Shown here in pieces: positions 1-9,681 of a stretch of 55,659 nucleotides of DNA; positions within the stretch are counted from its first letter, which is position 1; each line of letters starts with the position of its first letter. Under the pieces are notes generated by a model that did not search any database, was not told the DNA's origin, and saw only the letters and a list, made by a program, of their open reading frames with translations. Where the stretch lies: positions 1 through 55,659 of the forward strand of contig CAMOYI010000038.1 of NCBI GenBank assembly GCA_946629885.1. The letters run 5' to 3'. A program made the translations under genes and the position numbers. The DNA is from an uncultured Mycoplasmatota bacterium (GTDB lineage Bacteria > Bacillota_I > Bacilli_A > RF39 > UBA660).

Positions 1-1
1 A

Positions 2-1075
2 AATACATTATATGCGTACGATTCTAATCGTGAAAGAATTGCTGCAATATATAAAATAATATATGGTAAAAATGCTGAGCTTGATCAATCAGCAGTAACG
101 ATAAAGAATGGTTTAATTAGTATTGGTGCAAGTGAACAATCAAAGCTTTTAATTTCTATTAATTGTCTATCGAGTGTTAGATATTTATATAATGGAAATG
201 AAATACATATTGGATATACTGATAATGTTATATCAATAGGTACTATAACAATCAATCGTATTCAATATCGCGACCAAGAATACTTACTTTTCAGCGATAG
301 TTCAGCAACCGATAAGCAAGATGCATACATAATTGAAGTTAAATTACATAAGATTTTTAGCGAAAACTCCGATAGATATATATTAGGAAATATTCTTAAA
401 TTGATTGGTACGAGCGATGATAAAATTGAGTCAATTCGGCAAGAAGTGGCGCATTTGCATGCTTCTTATGAATTATTAGGTGACATACGAGTAATAGTTG
501 GTTTAAATGCAGATACGGATGGTATAAATGAAAGAACTGAAATTAAACGTGAAAATGAAAATACTACCATTTCACTAGATTATACAACTGAAAATCTAGC
601 AGCAAGTATTGAGGTAGTAAGTGATATTAATCAAAATATATCTAGACTTTCAATATCTTCATTATTACCGGAAAATAAATTTAGTTTAGATGTATCGCCG
701 ACTTCCATGACAATTAAAGGAGATGTTACTGTAGAATACAATAAAGAGTTTGGAAAGTTATCCATTGAAGCTGGGCTTGACACAAAAGAAAGAGATGAAT
801 TGACGAGAGCCTTATCGGAATTAGGATTAGACATTAGTAATACTTTCACCAACCCTTTAATATTTAATGATCAAACAGGCTGTGATATTGTTACTAGATC
901 GTTCCTTCCTGTCTTACTAAAAAGTGTTTTGGAAAAGATAGTTGGAGATGTAAGTTTAGACGGAATTGCATTTTTATTAAACAATATAATGCCGGAATTG
1001 GAGGATGCCTTTAATACGCTATATTCCCCTAACTATGTGGCTAGACCAATATATCAAACCGAAGATAATAAATAA
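2..1075 (+). CDS. hypothetical protein, 5' end outside the window
   Basis: Frame 2 is open from base 2 to the TAA at 1073-1075. Hand translation of 2-400 gives NTLYAYDSNRERIAAIYKIIYGK... with no stops, so the TTG at 401 in the ORF track is probably internal. No motif, TM segment or signal peptide recognised. Confidence 0.55.
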   Translation, partial: NTLYAYDSNRERIAAIYKIIYGKNAELDQSAVTIKNGLISIGASEQSKLLISINCLSSVRYLYNGNEIHIGYTDNVISIGTITINRIQYRDQEYLLFSDSSATDKQDAYIIEVKLHKIFSENSDRYILGNILKLIGTSDDKIESIRQEVAHLHASYELLGDIRVIVGLNADTDGINERTEIKRENENTTISLDYTTENLAASIEVVSDINQNISRLSISSLLPENKFSLDVSPTSMTIKGDVTVEYNKEFGKLSIEAGLDTKERDELTRALSELGLDISNTFTNPLIFNDQTGCDIVTRSFLPVLLKSVLEKIVGDVSLDGIAFLLNNIMPELEDAFNTLYSPNYVARPIYQTEDNK

Positions 1076-1642
1076 TCATATAATCGCTAAAATTTTATTA
1101 GCAATAAAGTATATTAATATAGAATTAATTAAAGATATACTTAATACTATAGCCAACCTAATAAAGCTATACTTTATAGTTTTATATAGTTGGTCTTTAT
1201 TTTTTTCTTTGAAAGACGTTATTATCTTCAAAGTTGATCGAGTACAAACTATAATGAATAGTATTACTAATACTAAAAATACTGATTTAACTAATAAAAA
1301 GTATATTAAATAAAATAGTAATCCTTTTAATTTATATGTAACTATAAATATTCCAAATGTATAACCTATGGAAAAAGTTTCTATAAACAAATACAGTATC
1401 GGTATTGGTAATCCTATCACTGAATGTGACAATATAAATATTAAGCAAATAATGCCTATATTTGAAAGAATTGTGTTTATGCGTATATTTCCTATACTTT
1501 TAATAAAACTCTTCAAATATTGGCTTAAATCGGGCTTTAACGCGACACTATATATTAATCCCGATATTAATCCTATAATTGACAATGTTATTACAAACTT
1601 TGTTACAGCGTTTTTCTTTAGTGCTTTCATAATTTTCCTCAA
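1076..1642 (-). CDS. spoIIM: stage II sporulation protein M-like integral membrane protein
   Basis: 188 aa with about 5 hydrophobic helices. Size and topology resemble SpoIIM (DUF95). It lies next to spoIVB. Called on architecture and context only. Confidence 0.5.
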   Translation of the reverse strand: MRKIMKALKKNAVTKFVITLSIIGLISGLIYSVALKPDLSQYLKSFIKSIGNIRINTILSNIGIICLIFILSHSVIGLPIPILYLFIETFSIGYTFGIFIVTYKLKGLLFYLIYFLLVKSVFLVLVILFIIVCTRSTLKIITSFKEKNKDQLYKTIKYSFIRLAIVLSISLINSILIYFIANKILAII

Positions 1643-1710
1643 CTAATTATATTTATGTCTTTTATTTTTATGAAAACTTTAGTATAATTTAATGTACTAA
1701 GAGGTGAATT

Positions 1711-1830
1711 ATGGCATACAAAGCAAAAAAGAAATCGAATGTTGGAACAAAGATATTGATATGGTTTATGTTCTTTGCAATGATCGGCGGTTTCGTTGCA
1801 ACACTACTATCTTATTTATTAGCAAGATAA
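1711..1830 (+). CDS. small membrane protein (39 aa), absent from the ORF track
   Basis: ATG at 1711 follows AAGAGGTGA with 5-nt spacing. Translation is MAYKAKKKSNVGTKILIWFMFFAMIGGFVATLLSYLLAR: a basic N-terminus plus one TM helix. The TAA at 1828-1830 is followed directly by a hairpin terminator. Confidence 0.5.
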   Translation: MAYKAKKKSNVGTKILIWFMFFAMIGGFVATLLSYLLAR

Positions 1831-1853
1831 AAAGAGTTTAAAAACTCTTTTTT
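1829..1853. terminator. bidirectional intrinsic terminator
   Basis: AAAAGAGTTT-AAAA-ACTCTTTT hairpin flanked by an A-run and a T-run. It sits between the convergent small ORF and spoIVB. Confidence 0.6.
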
Positions 1854-2829
1854 ATTTTTCACCATCTTCTAACATCTTTATAATACTTATTCCGTAACCA
1901 ACTCGTGGACTAGATACAACAACGTGTGTAACTGCACCAATTATGTTGTTATCTTGTACAATGGGACTCCCACTCATCCCCTGCACTATTCCACCAGTTT
2001 TCTCTAGTAGTCTATCATCTGTTATTTCAAAAAATATATTTTTAATTTTATTTTTTTTATCTATTTTTGTTATATTTATTTCAAATTTTTCTATATCGTT
2101 ACCTTCTACGACAGTATAAATATATGCTTTTCCTTTTTTAACTTCATCTAACCCTACAACCTTTAAAGTTTCAATCTCAGGCATCGTACTATTATATTTT
2201 CCATATATACCAGTAGTTAGGTTCTTTTCGATATTTCCATATACTTTACTAACGTCAAATTTAGCATTTTTACCACCTGGAGAACCTAGAGTACTTCTAT
2301 CTATACTAGTAATCGTACTTTTGAATATTTTACCAGTTTTTACTTCAACGAGACTGTTTGTATTAGACTCGACTATTTCGTGTCCTAAAGCACCGTATAT
2401 GCCCGTATTTGGGTCTATATAAGTAAGTGTACCGATACCAGCGATAGAATCTTTTACAAATAGACCTGTTTTATAAGTATTTCCATCACTTAATAGTTCG
2501 AGATTTGTTATAAAAGTTTTATCATTTCTTTTTATAGTTAAATCAATAGTATCATTATCCATATATTTTTCTATAGAGTTTACTAGTTCTTTAATTGTGT
2601 GTACTTCAATATCATTAACTTTTATTATTTTATCTCCAACTTTTAACTTTTCACTAGATTTATTTTCTTTACCATTAGTCTTATAAAAACCTATAATCAT
2701 TATTCCGTCTGTATTAATCTCGATACCTATACTTGCCCCACTTGGAATTATATAGTCTGAATATGCAAAAATATTTATAGGAAATATGATTAATAGAAAA
2801 AATACTAGTATTTTTCTAGATAACATCAT
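1852..2829 (-). CDS. spoIVB: SpoIVB peptidase (S55 family, PDZ plus serine protease)
   Basis: N-terminal signal anchor, a PDZ-like segment (KVGDKIIKVNDIEV), then GIYGALGHEI and GGIVQGMSGSPIV, typical of the SpoIVB His/Ser catalytic region. Confidence 0.85.
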   Translation of the reverse strand: MMLSRKILVFFLLIIFPINIFAYSDYIIPSGASIGIEINTDGIMIIGFYKTNGKENKSSEKLKVGDKIIKVNDIEVHTIKELVNSIEKYMDNDTIDLTIKRNDKTFITNLELLSDGNTYKTGLFVKDSIAGIGTLTYIDPNTGIYGALGHEIVESNTNSLVEVKTGKIFKSTITSIDRSTLGSPGGKNAKFDVSKVYGNIEKNLTTGIYGKYNSTMPEIETLKVVGLDEVKKGKAYIYTVVEGNDIEKFEINITKIDKKNKIKNIFFEITDDRLLEKTGGIVQGMSGSPIVQDNNIIGAVTHVVVSSPRVGYGISIIKMLEDGEK

Positions 2830-2862
2830 CTTACCACTTCCCTTTATTAGTGTGGTCGATAA

Positions 2863-3900
2863 TTACATAGATATGATACCAGTATTTTCCAGTTTTTCTT
2901 TTTTAGGTTTAACGTGTGAAATTACAGAAACAATTCCGCTTACTATTACGTAGAAGTAGAAATTCATGAACCTATTTAATACAGTTGCAAGGCTTATTAG
3001 CTTCTCCGTAAATATTGGCATAAATATTTGATTAAATCCGACTTCATTTATACCGATAGTACCAGGGATTGGTATCGCTGCAACGCTCGTATATAACACC
3101 CCTTGAAGTGTTACTAATCTATAATATGGAACATGCAAGTGGAATGCTCTTGCAGTTATGTAAGTTACAGAGTAATTTGCAAGGGTCTGTACAAAGTTTA
3201 CTGCAAGAATCTTGAATACTAATGATTTATGAGTTTTTATATAGCTAGAGCACTCATGATATTTTTCTGTTTCTTCGTTTAATTTTTTCATTACTTTATC
3301 GTAATTTTTGTATTTTATCTTTCTTAAAATAAAATCTACTATTTTCTTAATAATTTTAGTTGCTTTCTTTGAAAATAGCAAGAGTGATAAAAAAGATATA
3401 TAAACTACTGTTACCACTATGCCATATATTAAAAATACCTTAAAGAAATCCAAACTATCGTTTAAATATCTATAGTTAAATATAAGTCCGAGTGTCAAAA
3501 ATATTAAAGCGATTACTTGATGTGAACACAACTCTAATAATACCATGATAGTGCCATGTGATACATTTATGCCATCTTTAGTCATTTGATATACTTCCAT
3601 AGGTTGTCCACCAGTACTAGAAGGTGTTATTGCACTATAGAAATAATCTATGCAAGTATACTTAAGAGACTTTAAAAAGTTAATCTTATATCCAAAATTA
3701 GTTAAAATCATCTTTGTATTAAAAGACTGTGCGATTAGATATATACTCATGATAGATATTCCTATAAAAGTATATTCCCATCTAACGTGTGCGACTGTCC
3801 TAAACATATAATTTAAATTTTGCCCTCTAATTAAAAAGAAAAAAGTTAGTAATATTAATATTATAAAGAAGATGACATTTTTAAAATAGCTCTTTTTCAT
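2863..3900 (-). CDS. flippase-like / lysylphosphatidylglycerol-synthase TM-region family membrane protein
   Basis: 345 aa, polytopic. The ITPSSTGGQPMEVY motif is typical of the UPF0104/LPG_synthase_TM family. RBS AAGGTGGAG lies upstream of the ATG. Confidence 0.65.
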   Translation of the reverse strand: MKKSYFKNVIFFIILILLTFFFLIRGQNLNYMFRTVAHVRWEYTFIGISIMSIYLIAQSFNTKMILTNFGYKINFLKSLKYTCIDYFYSAITPSSTGGQPMEVYQMTKDGINVSHGTIMVLLELCSHQVIALIFLTLGLIFNYRYLNDSLDFFKVFLIYGIVVTVVYISFLSLLLFSKKATKIIKKIVDFILRKIKYKNYDKVMKKLNEETEKYHECSSYIKTHKSLVFKILAVNFVQTLANYSVTYITARAFHLHVPYYRLVTLQGVLYTSVAAIPIPGTIGINEVGFNQIFMPIFTEKLISLATVLNRFMNFYFYVIVSGIVSVISHVKPKKEKLENTGIISM

Positions 3901-3923
3901 TTTACTCCACCTTAATCATTGTA

Positions 3924-3953
3924 ACAAAAAAGATAGTTTTTTACAACTATCTT
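3924..3953 (-). terminator. intrinsic terminator after the WG-repeat gene
   Basis: Minus strand reads AAGATAGTT-GTAAAA-AACTATCTT followed by TTTTTT. The 5' arm overlaps the stop codon at 3947-3949. Confidence 0.6.
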
Positions 3954-5332
3954 CTTGATAATAGTTCGCCTGTATATATTTTCTTAAAATCATTATTGTA
4001 ATAAATAACTGATTTATCATCGATAATATAAAAGTAATTAGGCATAAATGTTGGATAAATCGATGAATTATTTAATTTCATACTTTTTCCTGTTTTAATA
4101 TTATACAGTACTTTTTGACTAGTTAACGAATCGATGTAACTAACTATTACACTATTGGCATTTGTATCTATTCTTTTAGTATTTAGAGTATCTACCACTT
4201 TTTTATTATCTAAATCGTATATATTTAATTTTCCATCTTTTATTGGTAGAATGTAATTTTTTCCGATAGACTTTAAATAAGTATAAAGATTAATGTCTAA
4301 ATAATCTACACCATCCCAAATACACGGCAATATCTCTTTATCACCTTTTTTTATACCAACACCATTTTCACAATATGTAAGCTTCGTTTTAGTATATATT
4401 TCCCAAGGACTTGATCCATAGTCTACTTCTTGTTGTAAAGGCAATTCACTTACCATTTTCTTTTCATTATATAGATAATATGAAGTTGTATCACCACTAA
4501 ATTTTATGTAACCAAATTCTCTATCATTCTTAGCAGAAATATCTTCGCCTTCATTCGCAGTGTAAACAATTTTATCATTTTGAATATAGTATTTAACTAA
4601 TGCATCATTTTCATTATATGTTATAAAAATATTATTGCCACTAGCAGAAATAATTTTATCAGTATAATCGATTATTGTTTTTCCAGTATCACAATTTACA
4701 AGTGCGTATTCTTTAGCACCTAAACTTACCGTGCAGTAATTTTCTTTAATATAATCATAATTTGATTTAACGCCAACAAAAACAGTATATACATTATCAT
4801 CTAAATTATGAGTATATGTGATTTTTCCATATGGATTTACAATGCCAGCTTGCTTATTTTTCTTATCTATATATGAGTAATATGTTGGTGTAGACATACC
4901 AAAATAATTAATCTCTACAAATTCATCACCAAGTACTGGTTTTATTTTATCATCATAAAGTTTCTTTCCTACTAGCCAGTAGCCAGATATGGTATTTTTA
5001 ATTATTTTATCATCGGTAGTAACTAAAACTTTACCAGTTTTATCGATAATGGCATTTTTCTTTTTCCCATCCGTTTGAATTTCGACTATAGCATAGTCTT
5101 CAGAAAAATCTTTAGCTCCAATATAAGTTGGTTCAATTACAACTTTACCACTGTCGTTTATATATCCATATAATCCATTCTTTTTTACCGCAATTAAAGA
5201 ATTACTTTCAAAAGAATCTTTGATATTCTTAGTGTTATTATCTTTTCTTGGTTTAATAAACAAAATATATGATGCTATTATTAATACTAATACTAAACTG
5301 ATTCCAATAATTATTTTTATATTTTTTTTCAT
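3947..5332 (-). CDS. WG-repeat (KWG-type) protein with N-terminal membrane anchor
   Basis: N-terminal TM helix, then repeated segments such as GLYGYINDSGKVVIEPTYIGAKDFSEDYAIV that match the WG-containing repeat pattern. RBS GGAGGA. Confidence 0.65.
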   Translation of the reverse strand: MKKNIKIIIGISLVLVLIIASYILFIKPRKDNNTKNIKDSFESNSLIAVKKNGLYGYINDSGKVVIEPTYIGAKDFSEDYAIVEIQTDGKKKNAIIDKTGKVLVTTDDKIIKNTISGYWLVGKKLYDDKIKPVLGDEFVEINYFGMSTPTYYSYIDKKNKQAGIVNPYGKITYTHNLDDNVYTVFVGVKSNYDYIKENYCTVSLGAKEYALVNCDTGKTIIDYTDKIISASGNNIFITYNENDALVKYYIQNDKIVYTANEGEDISAKNDREFGYIKFSGDTTSYYLYNEKKMVSELPLQQEVDYGSSPWEIYTKTKLTYCENGVGIKKGDKEILPCIWDGVDYLDINLYTYLKSIGKNYILPIKDGKLNIYDLDNKKVVDTLNTKRIDTNANSVIVSYIDSLTSQKVLYNIKTGKSMKLNNSSIYPTFMPNYFYIIDDKSVIYYNNDFKKIYTGELLSRR

Positions 5333-5346
5333 TATAAATCCTCCAA

Positions 5347-5577
5347 TTATTCTTCTGGTATCTCAAAGTCTTTTAATTCACCGTTGTCTGTTAGTATTTT
5401 ATTTACTTTTTCTGTTGCACTATTTAGCTTATCACCACATGTTTTAGCTAAATTCATCCCGTCTGTATATTTATTTATGGCATCATCTAATGTGCAATTA
5501 CCACTTTCTAGTTCCTTTACTATTGCTTCTAATTTATTCATCGCTTCTTCAAAGCTCATTTCACTTTTCTTTTCCAT
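5347..5577 (-). CDS. xseB: exodeoxyribonuclease VII small subunit
   Basis: 76 aa. FEEAMNKLEAIVKELESGNCTLDDAINKYTDGMNLAKTC is the classic XseB helical-hairpin sequence. Its start overlaps the xseA stop. Confidence 0.9.
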   Translation of the reverse strand: MEKKSEMSFEEAMNKLEAIVKELESGNCTLDDAINKYTDGMNLAKTCGDKLNSATEKVNKILTDNGELKDFEIPEE

Positions 5578-6905
5578 TATTTACTTATCTCCTTTACTTC
5601 TACTAATAATTTTCCTTCATATAGTGTTACGTTAAGTTCATCATTTTTCTTAACGCTCTTATATGAAGTGATACTTTTATCGTTTAAACTAACTACTGAG
5701 TATCCTTTTTTCAATATTCCAAGTGGATTTAGTAGTTCCAATTTATTGATTATTAAGTCGAAACTATTTTTGCTTGCTTCCTCTTTTACTTTCATGGAAG
5801 AAGTCAATCTCGATACTAACGCCTTGATTTTTTCCCTATCTTTCTCATAAAAACTCAATGGGTTTTTAAGAATGTATGACGATTTTGCATTATTTAATCT
5901 AACCCTGCTGGCATCTAATTTAGCAAAAATCATATCGTTTAATTTGTCTATCAAACTTGATAGTTTTTGCTCTTTTATCTCATATATAGATAGAGGATTC
6001 TTTAAAACGTAACTTTCCTTTAAGGCACTTAAGTGCTTTCCTAAGAGTGACAATTTATTTTTAACGTTTTCAGTTAGCCTAATCTTATAGTTCTCTATAT
6101 GTTTATATATATCGCTCATCGCTGGTACTGCAAGTTCTGCTGCTCCGGTCGGTGTTGGAGCCCTTAAATCTGCAACAAAGTCTGCGATAGTGAAATCGAC
6201 TTCGTGTCCTACAGCACTTATAACTGGTATTTTAGAATTATATATAGCACGCGCGACAATTTCTTCATTAAATGCCCATAAGTCCTCAATTGAGCCTCCA
6301 CCACGGCCTACGATTAAGACATCCAAGTCATACTCTTGTGCCTTTTCTATTTGGTTAACTATACTAAACTTAGCAGTATCTCCCTGTACTAGTGCTGGAA
6401 AAAGAATAGTATTACATATCGGGAATCTTCTTTTTATCGTACTCAATATGTCTCTAATGGCAGCTCCGGTTGGCGCAGTGATTATACCAATTTTTTCTGG
6501 GTACTTTGGAATTGGTCTTTTATGTTCTTGCTTAAATAGTCCTTCTTGTTCCAAAGCCTTTTTAAGTTTTTCATAAGCAATATATAGTTCGCCTATTCCA
6601 TCAGGCTGCATGCTCGTTACAATTATTTGATATTTACCTGTTGCCTCATATACCGTTACTTTACCTTCTACAAATACTTTAGTACCCTCAGCAGGCTCAA
6701 AGTTAAGTTTAGAAGCACTAGTTGCGAACATAATTGCACCAATTACACTAGTCTCATCTTTCAGACTAAAATATAGGTGCCCCCTAGAATGCAGTTTAAA
6801 GTTACTGATCTCTCCCTTTAGATAAACGTGATCTAAGTGAGCATCTGCTTCAAATTTACGCTTTAAATAATTATTTAAGGCACTTACTGTAATATAACTT
6901 GCCAT
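5577..6905 (-). CDS. xseA: exodeoxyribonuclease VII large subunit
   Basis: 442 aa. N-terminal OB fold (VYLKGEISNFKLHSRGHLYFSLKD), catalytic core (IGIITAPTGAAIRDI, VLIVGRGGGSIEDLWAFN), then a coiled-coil tail. Confidence 0.9.
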   Translation of the reverse strand: MASYITVSALNNYLKRKFEADAHLDHVYLKGEISNFKLHSRGHLYFSLKDETSVIGAIMFATSASKLNFEPAEGTKVFVEGKVTVYEATGKYQIIVTSMQPDGIGELYIAYEKLKKALEQEGLFKQEHKRPIPKYPEKIGIITAPTGAAIRDILSTIKRRFPICNTILFPALVQGDTAKFSIVNQIEKAQEYDLDVLIVGRGGGSIEDLWAFNEEIVARAIYNSKIPVISAVGHEVDFTIADFVADLRAPTPTGAAELAVPAMSDIYKHIENYKIRLTENVKNKLSLLGKHLSALKESYVLKNPLSIYEIKEQKLSSLIDKLNDMIFAKLDASRVRLNNAKSSYILKNPLSFYEKDREKIKALVSRLTSSMKVKEEASKNSFDLIINKLELLNPLGILKKGYSVVSLNDKSITSYKSVKKNDELNVTLYEGKLLVEVKEISK

Positions 6906-7306
6906 TATTCTACTTCCTTGACGACTTTATCTAAAACTGCATTAATCATCTTTCTTACTGCATCGTCACTGTATTTTTTAGCAAGCTCAATTGCTTCATT
7001 AATTACTACTACTTTAGGAGTATCTGTATACATTATTTCATATAGAGCAAGTCTTAAAATACTTGCACCAGTTTTATCTAAACGATTTATATTCCAGTCT
7101 TTCAAATGTTTATTAGCAATTTCATTTAACTGATCGTAATATGTATTAACTCCATACACAACTTCTTTTACAAATTCATTATCTATCTCTAAGTTTTCTT
7201 TAATTACATCATCTATATTATATTCAATACCACTTTGTTTATATATATCGATTTGATATAGAATAGTCATTACTTTAACTCTCAATTCACTTCTAGTTAA
7301 TCCCAT
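6905..7306 (-). CDS. nusB: transcription antitermination factor NusB
   Basis: The sequence RSELRVKVMTILYQIDIYK...NINRLDKTGASILRLALYEIMY...PKVVVINEAIELAKKY is a typical NusB. The ATG at 7306 is preferred because AGGATG lies 8 nt upstream. The GTG at 7315 abuts that RBS. Confidence 0.9.
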   Translation of the reverse strand: MGLTRSELRVKVMTILYQIDIYKQSGIEYNIDDVIKENLEIDNEFVKEVVYGVNTYYDQLNEIANKHLKDWNINRLDKTGASILRLALYEIMYTDTPKVVVINEAIELAKKYSDDAVRKMINAVLDKVVKEVE

Positions 7307-7365
7307 ATAAATCACATCCTATTTGATTATAACAAAAAAAGACCTTTCGGTCTAGGTTAATTTTA

Positions 7366-9681
7366 CTAACCAGTTATTTGTCTAATTGTATGAATAGGCC
7401 CATTACCGTGCTGATTCTTACTTACCATTGCGTTTATTCTACCCAATAAACATTCTTTAGCATTTCCTACTAGTAATCTATCTAATGTTTCTGGTTCTTC
7501 TAAACTTCCGTATATTCCCCGAATAAAATCTAAGATTTTTTCATTTGGAACTCCTAAAGAAATAAGAACGACATATAATGACTTAAGAGTAGTTGAAGAC
7601 GTAATATGTTTTTCTAATTCATTATAAGCTTGAGCTTTTGATAAACCTACAACAGAACTTATACGACCAGTATGTGGATCTGAACATTTTCTTACAAACC
7701 AACTAGCAGAACTACATTTATTAGGCAGTTTATCTTTTCTAAAGGCGGGTGCTGCATATAAAGAATATGTTTGTCTTATCTGATTTGACTCATCATCTAT
7801 CCGGTTTAATTGTTCATTTACATTTATAATATCGCGATTGCAGATTTGATAAGAGAAAAAATTTTTAACTTTTTCTGTGATATTTGCAATATCTAAATAT
7901 GCAGATCCCTCCCTAGCCTTTAGTGAAATCATTGTAGTTGGCTCTCTTGTATCCGAATTTAATCTTTTGATAGTAATAGATAAAAGCCTTCTTGTAGCAT
8001 TTGAAAACACTACTGAAAGATCTAATCCATTTGATTTTGTAGTATACGTGGCGTAATCGTTGTATTTTTCAGCTTTGCAGGTCCATTGTGCATCTTTATC
8101 AATAGGTAGGTAATCTGATAAATTTACTAGAAATGAGCTGATCTCTGGATTGTGTTCTACCGACATATTTGATCTAACTTTGTTACTTAGGGCTTTTTCA
8201 AAATTAATTATACCATTTGTCTCTCCAAACAAGGCATTAAACCTCTTGGAATCTGCAAATAATCCATAAATTCCCCTAACAAAAGAAATAATATTTTCAT
8301 TTGGAATTCCAAGGCCACATAAAGTAATATATAAGTTTTGTACCGTGTCTTGATCTGTGATTTTATTAAAGAACACTTCTCTAGCCTTTCGTGGCTTTAA
8401 CATTTCGCTAGATTCTCTAAAATGATATTTTTTCTCACTTAATAAGTATCCTATACTCTGTTCTCTAGCATCAACCATACCTAGTCGTCCTGAAGGACCT
8501 TGTTTCCCAACTCGATATATCTTTAACGATTGAGTGCCACTTACAGATGATATATTACTTTTATTCATTTTAACAACAGGTCCTATAATGGCTCTTGGAG
8601 TTACAGAATAATCTCCCAGCATTGAATATTTAGCTAATACAGTGTGTGATTTATTTTTGATGACTAACCGAGCTGCTCCAAATCGAAAATTTACAGATAT
8701 GCTATAGTCTGGATCATTACTTGTTGAGCCTTGATCATATCTACTAATCCCTATCTCATATATATCCATATTATCAGTTAATATTGCAAAAATATATAAA
8801 CCATTGTAATTAATAGAATACGTTGGCAGATTAGTTCTACGATCAAGTCCCAATTCCCAAACGAGATTAGAAGGATTAATTCCAAAATATTTAGCAATAT
8901 TTCCTAATAACTGCACTGCTTTTTCTGCCTCTATATCTTCGATATCGCTTTCTGTGTAGCTAGGATGATTTTCATTAATTCTTCCAACGCCTTGTTCATT
9001 TTCATTCAATGCTTCATAATAGTTTTCACTAAGAATAGCCCAATATTCACTGTTAATTATGCTAGGAAGCCCATGCTTATTATTTAATAGCAATTCTAAG
9101 AAATCTATTCTATTCATTTCTTCGATACCTAATTGTTCCAACAATTTATAGAATATTTTAGCAGTTCTCGTTGAGGTAAAATCGTTCAGTATACACTTTA
9201 AAGCTTCACTTCTCGTATATTTTGTACTAGTCAACATTTCTCCCCGTTTGACCTTATATAATTGCGCTCTATGGTTTTCTTTGCATGGAGCTATAGTAGT
9301 GTTATCAGTTTGCTCATATCCAACGACCATAATGTTATTACTATTAAAATTTGATTTTATTGACATTTCTAAATTGTAATATGGTTTATCCGGTAATTTG
9401 TAAACAAATATTGCGCCTTCTTCATCTAAGGTAAACCTAACCATCTTTTGCTCATAGTCAATGTACAATGAAGCTGTTCTACTTCCATCTTGTTTAGTCT
9501 TAGTAATTAGTACAGATTCTAATTGCCCTTCTGTATTGTTAAAAAAGTTAACATGTAAATCACTAGAAAGATTATAGTTATTTGCCTGTTCTCTCTCACT
9601 ATAGGTTCCTGTAGTTTCAACTACACCTTTTCCTAAAAATTTAAATATACTATTTATAAATTTTCGAGTATTAACTGCCAT
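7366..9681 (-). CDS. hypothetical 771-aa protein with three copies of the same module
   Basis: Long ORF with RBS GAGGA 6 nt upstream of the ATG. Three beta-rich segments each end in a similar helical motif: IFYKLLEQLGIEEMNRIDFLELL, NLYITLCGLGIPNENIISFVRGIYGLF and SLYVVLISLGVPNEKILDFIRGIYGSL. No known domain, TM segment or signal peptide. Confidence 0.7.
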   Translation of the reverse strand: MAVNTRKFINSIFKFLGKGVVETTGTYSEREQANNYNLSSDLHVNFFNNTEGQLESVLITKTKQDGSRTASLYIDYEQKMVRFTLDEEGAIFVYKLPDKPYYNLEMSIKSNFNSNNIMVVGYEQTDNTTIAPCKENHRAQLYKVKRGEMLTSTKYTRSEALKCILNDFTSTRTAKIFYKLLEQLGIEEMNRIDFLELLLNNKHGLPSIINSEYWAILSENYYEALNENEQGVGRINENHPSYTESDIEDIEAEKAVQLLGNIAKYFGINPSNLVWELGLDRRTNLPTYSINYNGLYIFAILTDNMDIYEIGISRYDQGSTSNDPDYSISVNFRFGAARLVIKNKSHTVLAKYSMLGDYSVTPRAIIGPVVKMNKSNISSVSGTQSLKIYRVGKQGPSGRLGMVDAREQSIGYLLSEKKYHFRESSEMLKPRKAREVFFNKITDQDTVQNLYITLCGLGIPNENIISFVRGIYGLFADSKRFNALFGETNGIINFEKALSNKVRSNMSVEHNPEISSFLVNLSDYLPIDKDAQWTCKAEKYNDYATYTTKSNGLDLSVVFSNATRRLLSITIKRLNSDTREPTTMISLKAREGSAYLDIANITEKVKNFFSYQICNRDIINVNEQLNRIDDESNQIRQTYSLYAAPAFRKDKLPNKCSSASWFVRKCSDPHTGRISSVVGLSKAQAYNELEKHITSSTTLKSLYVVLISLGVPNEKILDFIRGIYGSLEEPETLDRLLVGNAKECLLGRINAMVSKNQHGNGPIHTIRQITG

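Noticed and set aside
1005-1646. Plus-strand ORFs 1005-1313 and 1368-1646
   Set aside because: Both are antisense to the SpoIIM-like membrane protein gene and are mirror-frame hydrophobic artefacts.
6190-6576. 128-aa plus-strand ORF, and similar ORFs at 5384-5635, 5668-5850, 6918-7133, 10515-10751, 17575-17802, 18345-18629, 19836-20276, 26200-26703, 39385-39843, 41950-42373, 43304-44977, 45594-45929, 50964-51359, 52131-52988, 53828-54223 and 54355-54777
   Set aside because: All lie antisense to, and entirely within, well-supported conserved genes (xseA, nusB, ftsK, lepA, ruvA, obg, valS, mutL, yqeG, mscL and others). They have Ser/Leu/Ile/Phe-rich shadow-frame composition and no RBS. They are typical artefacts of AT-rich genomes.
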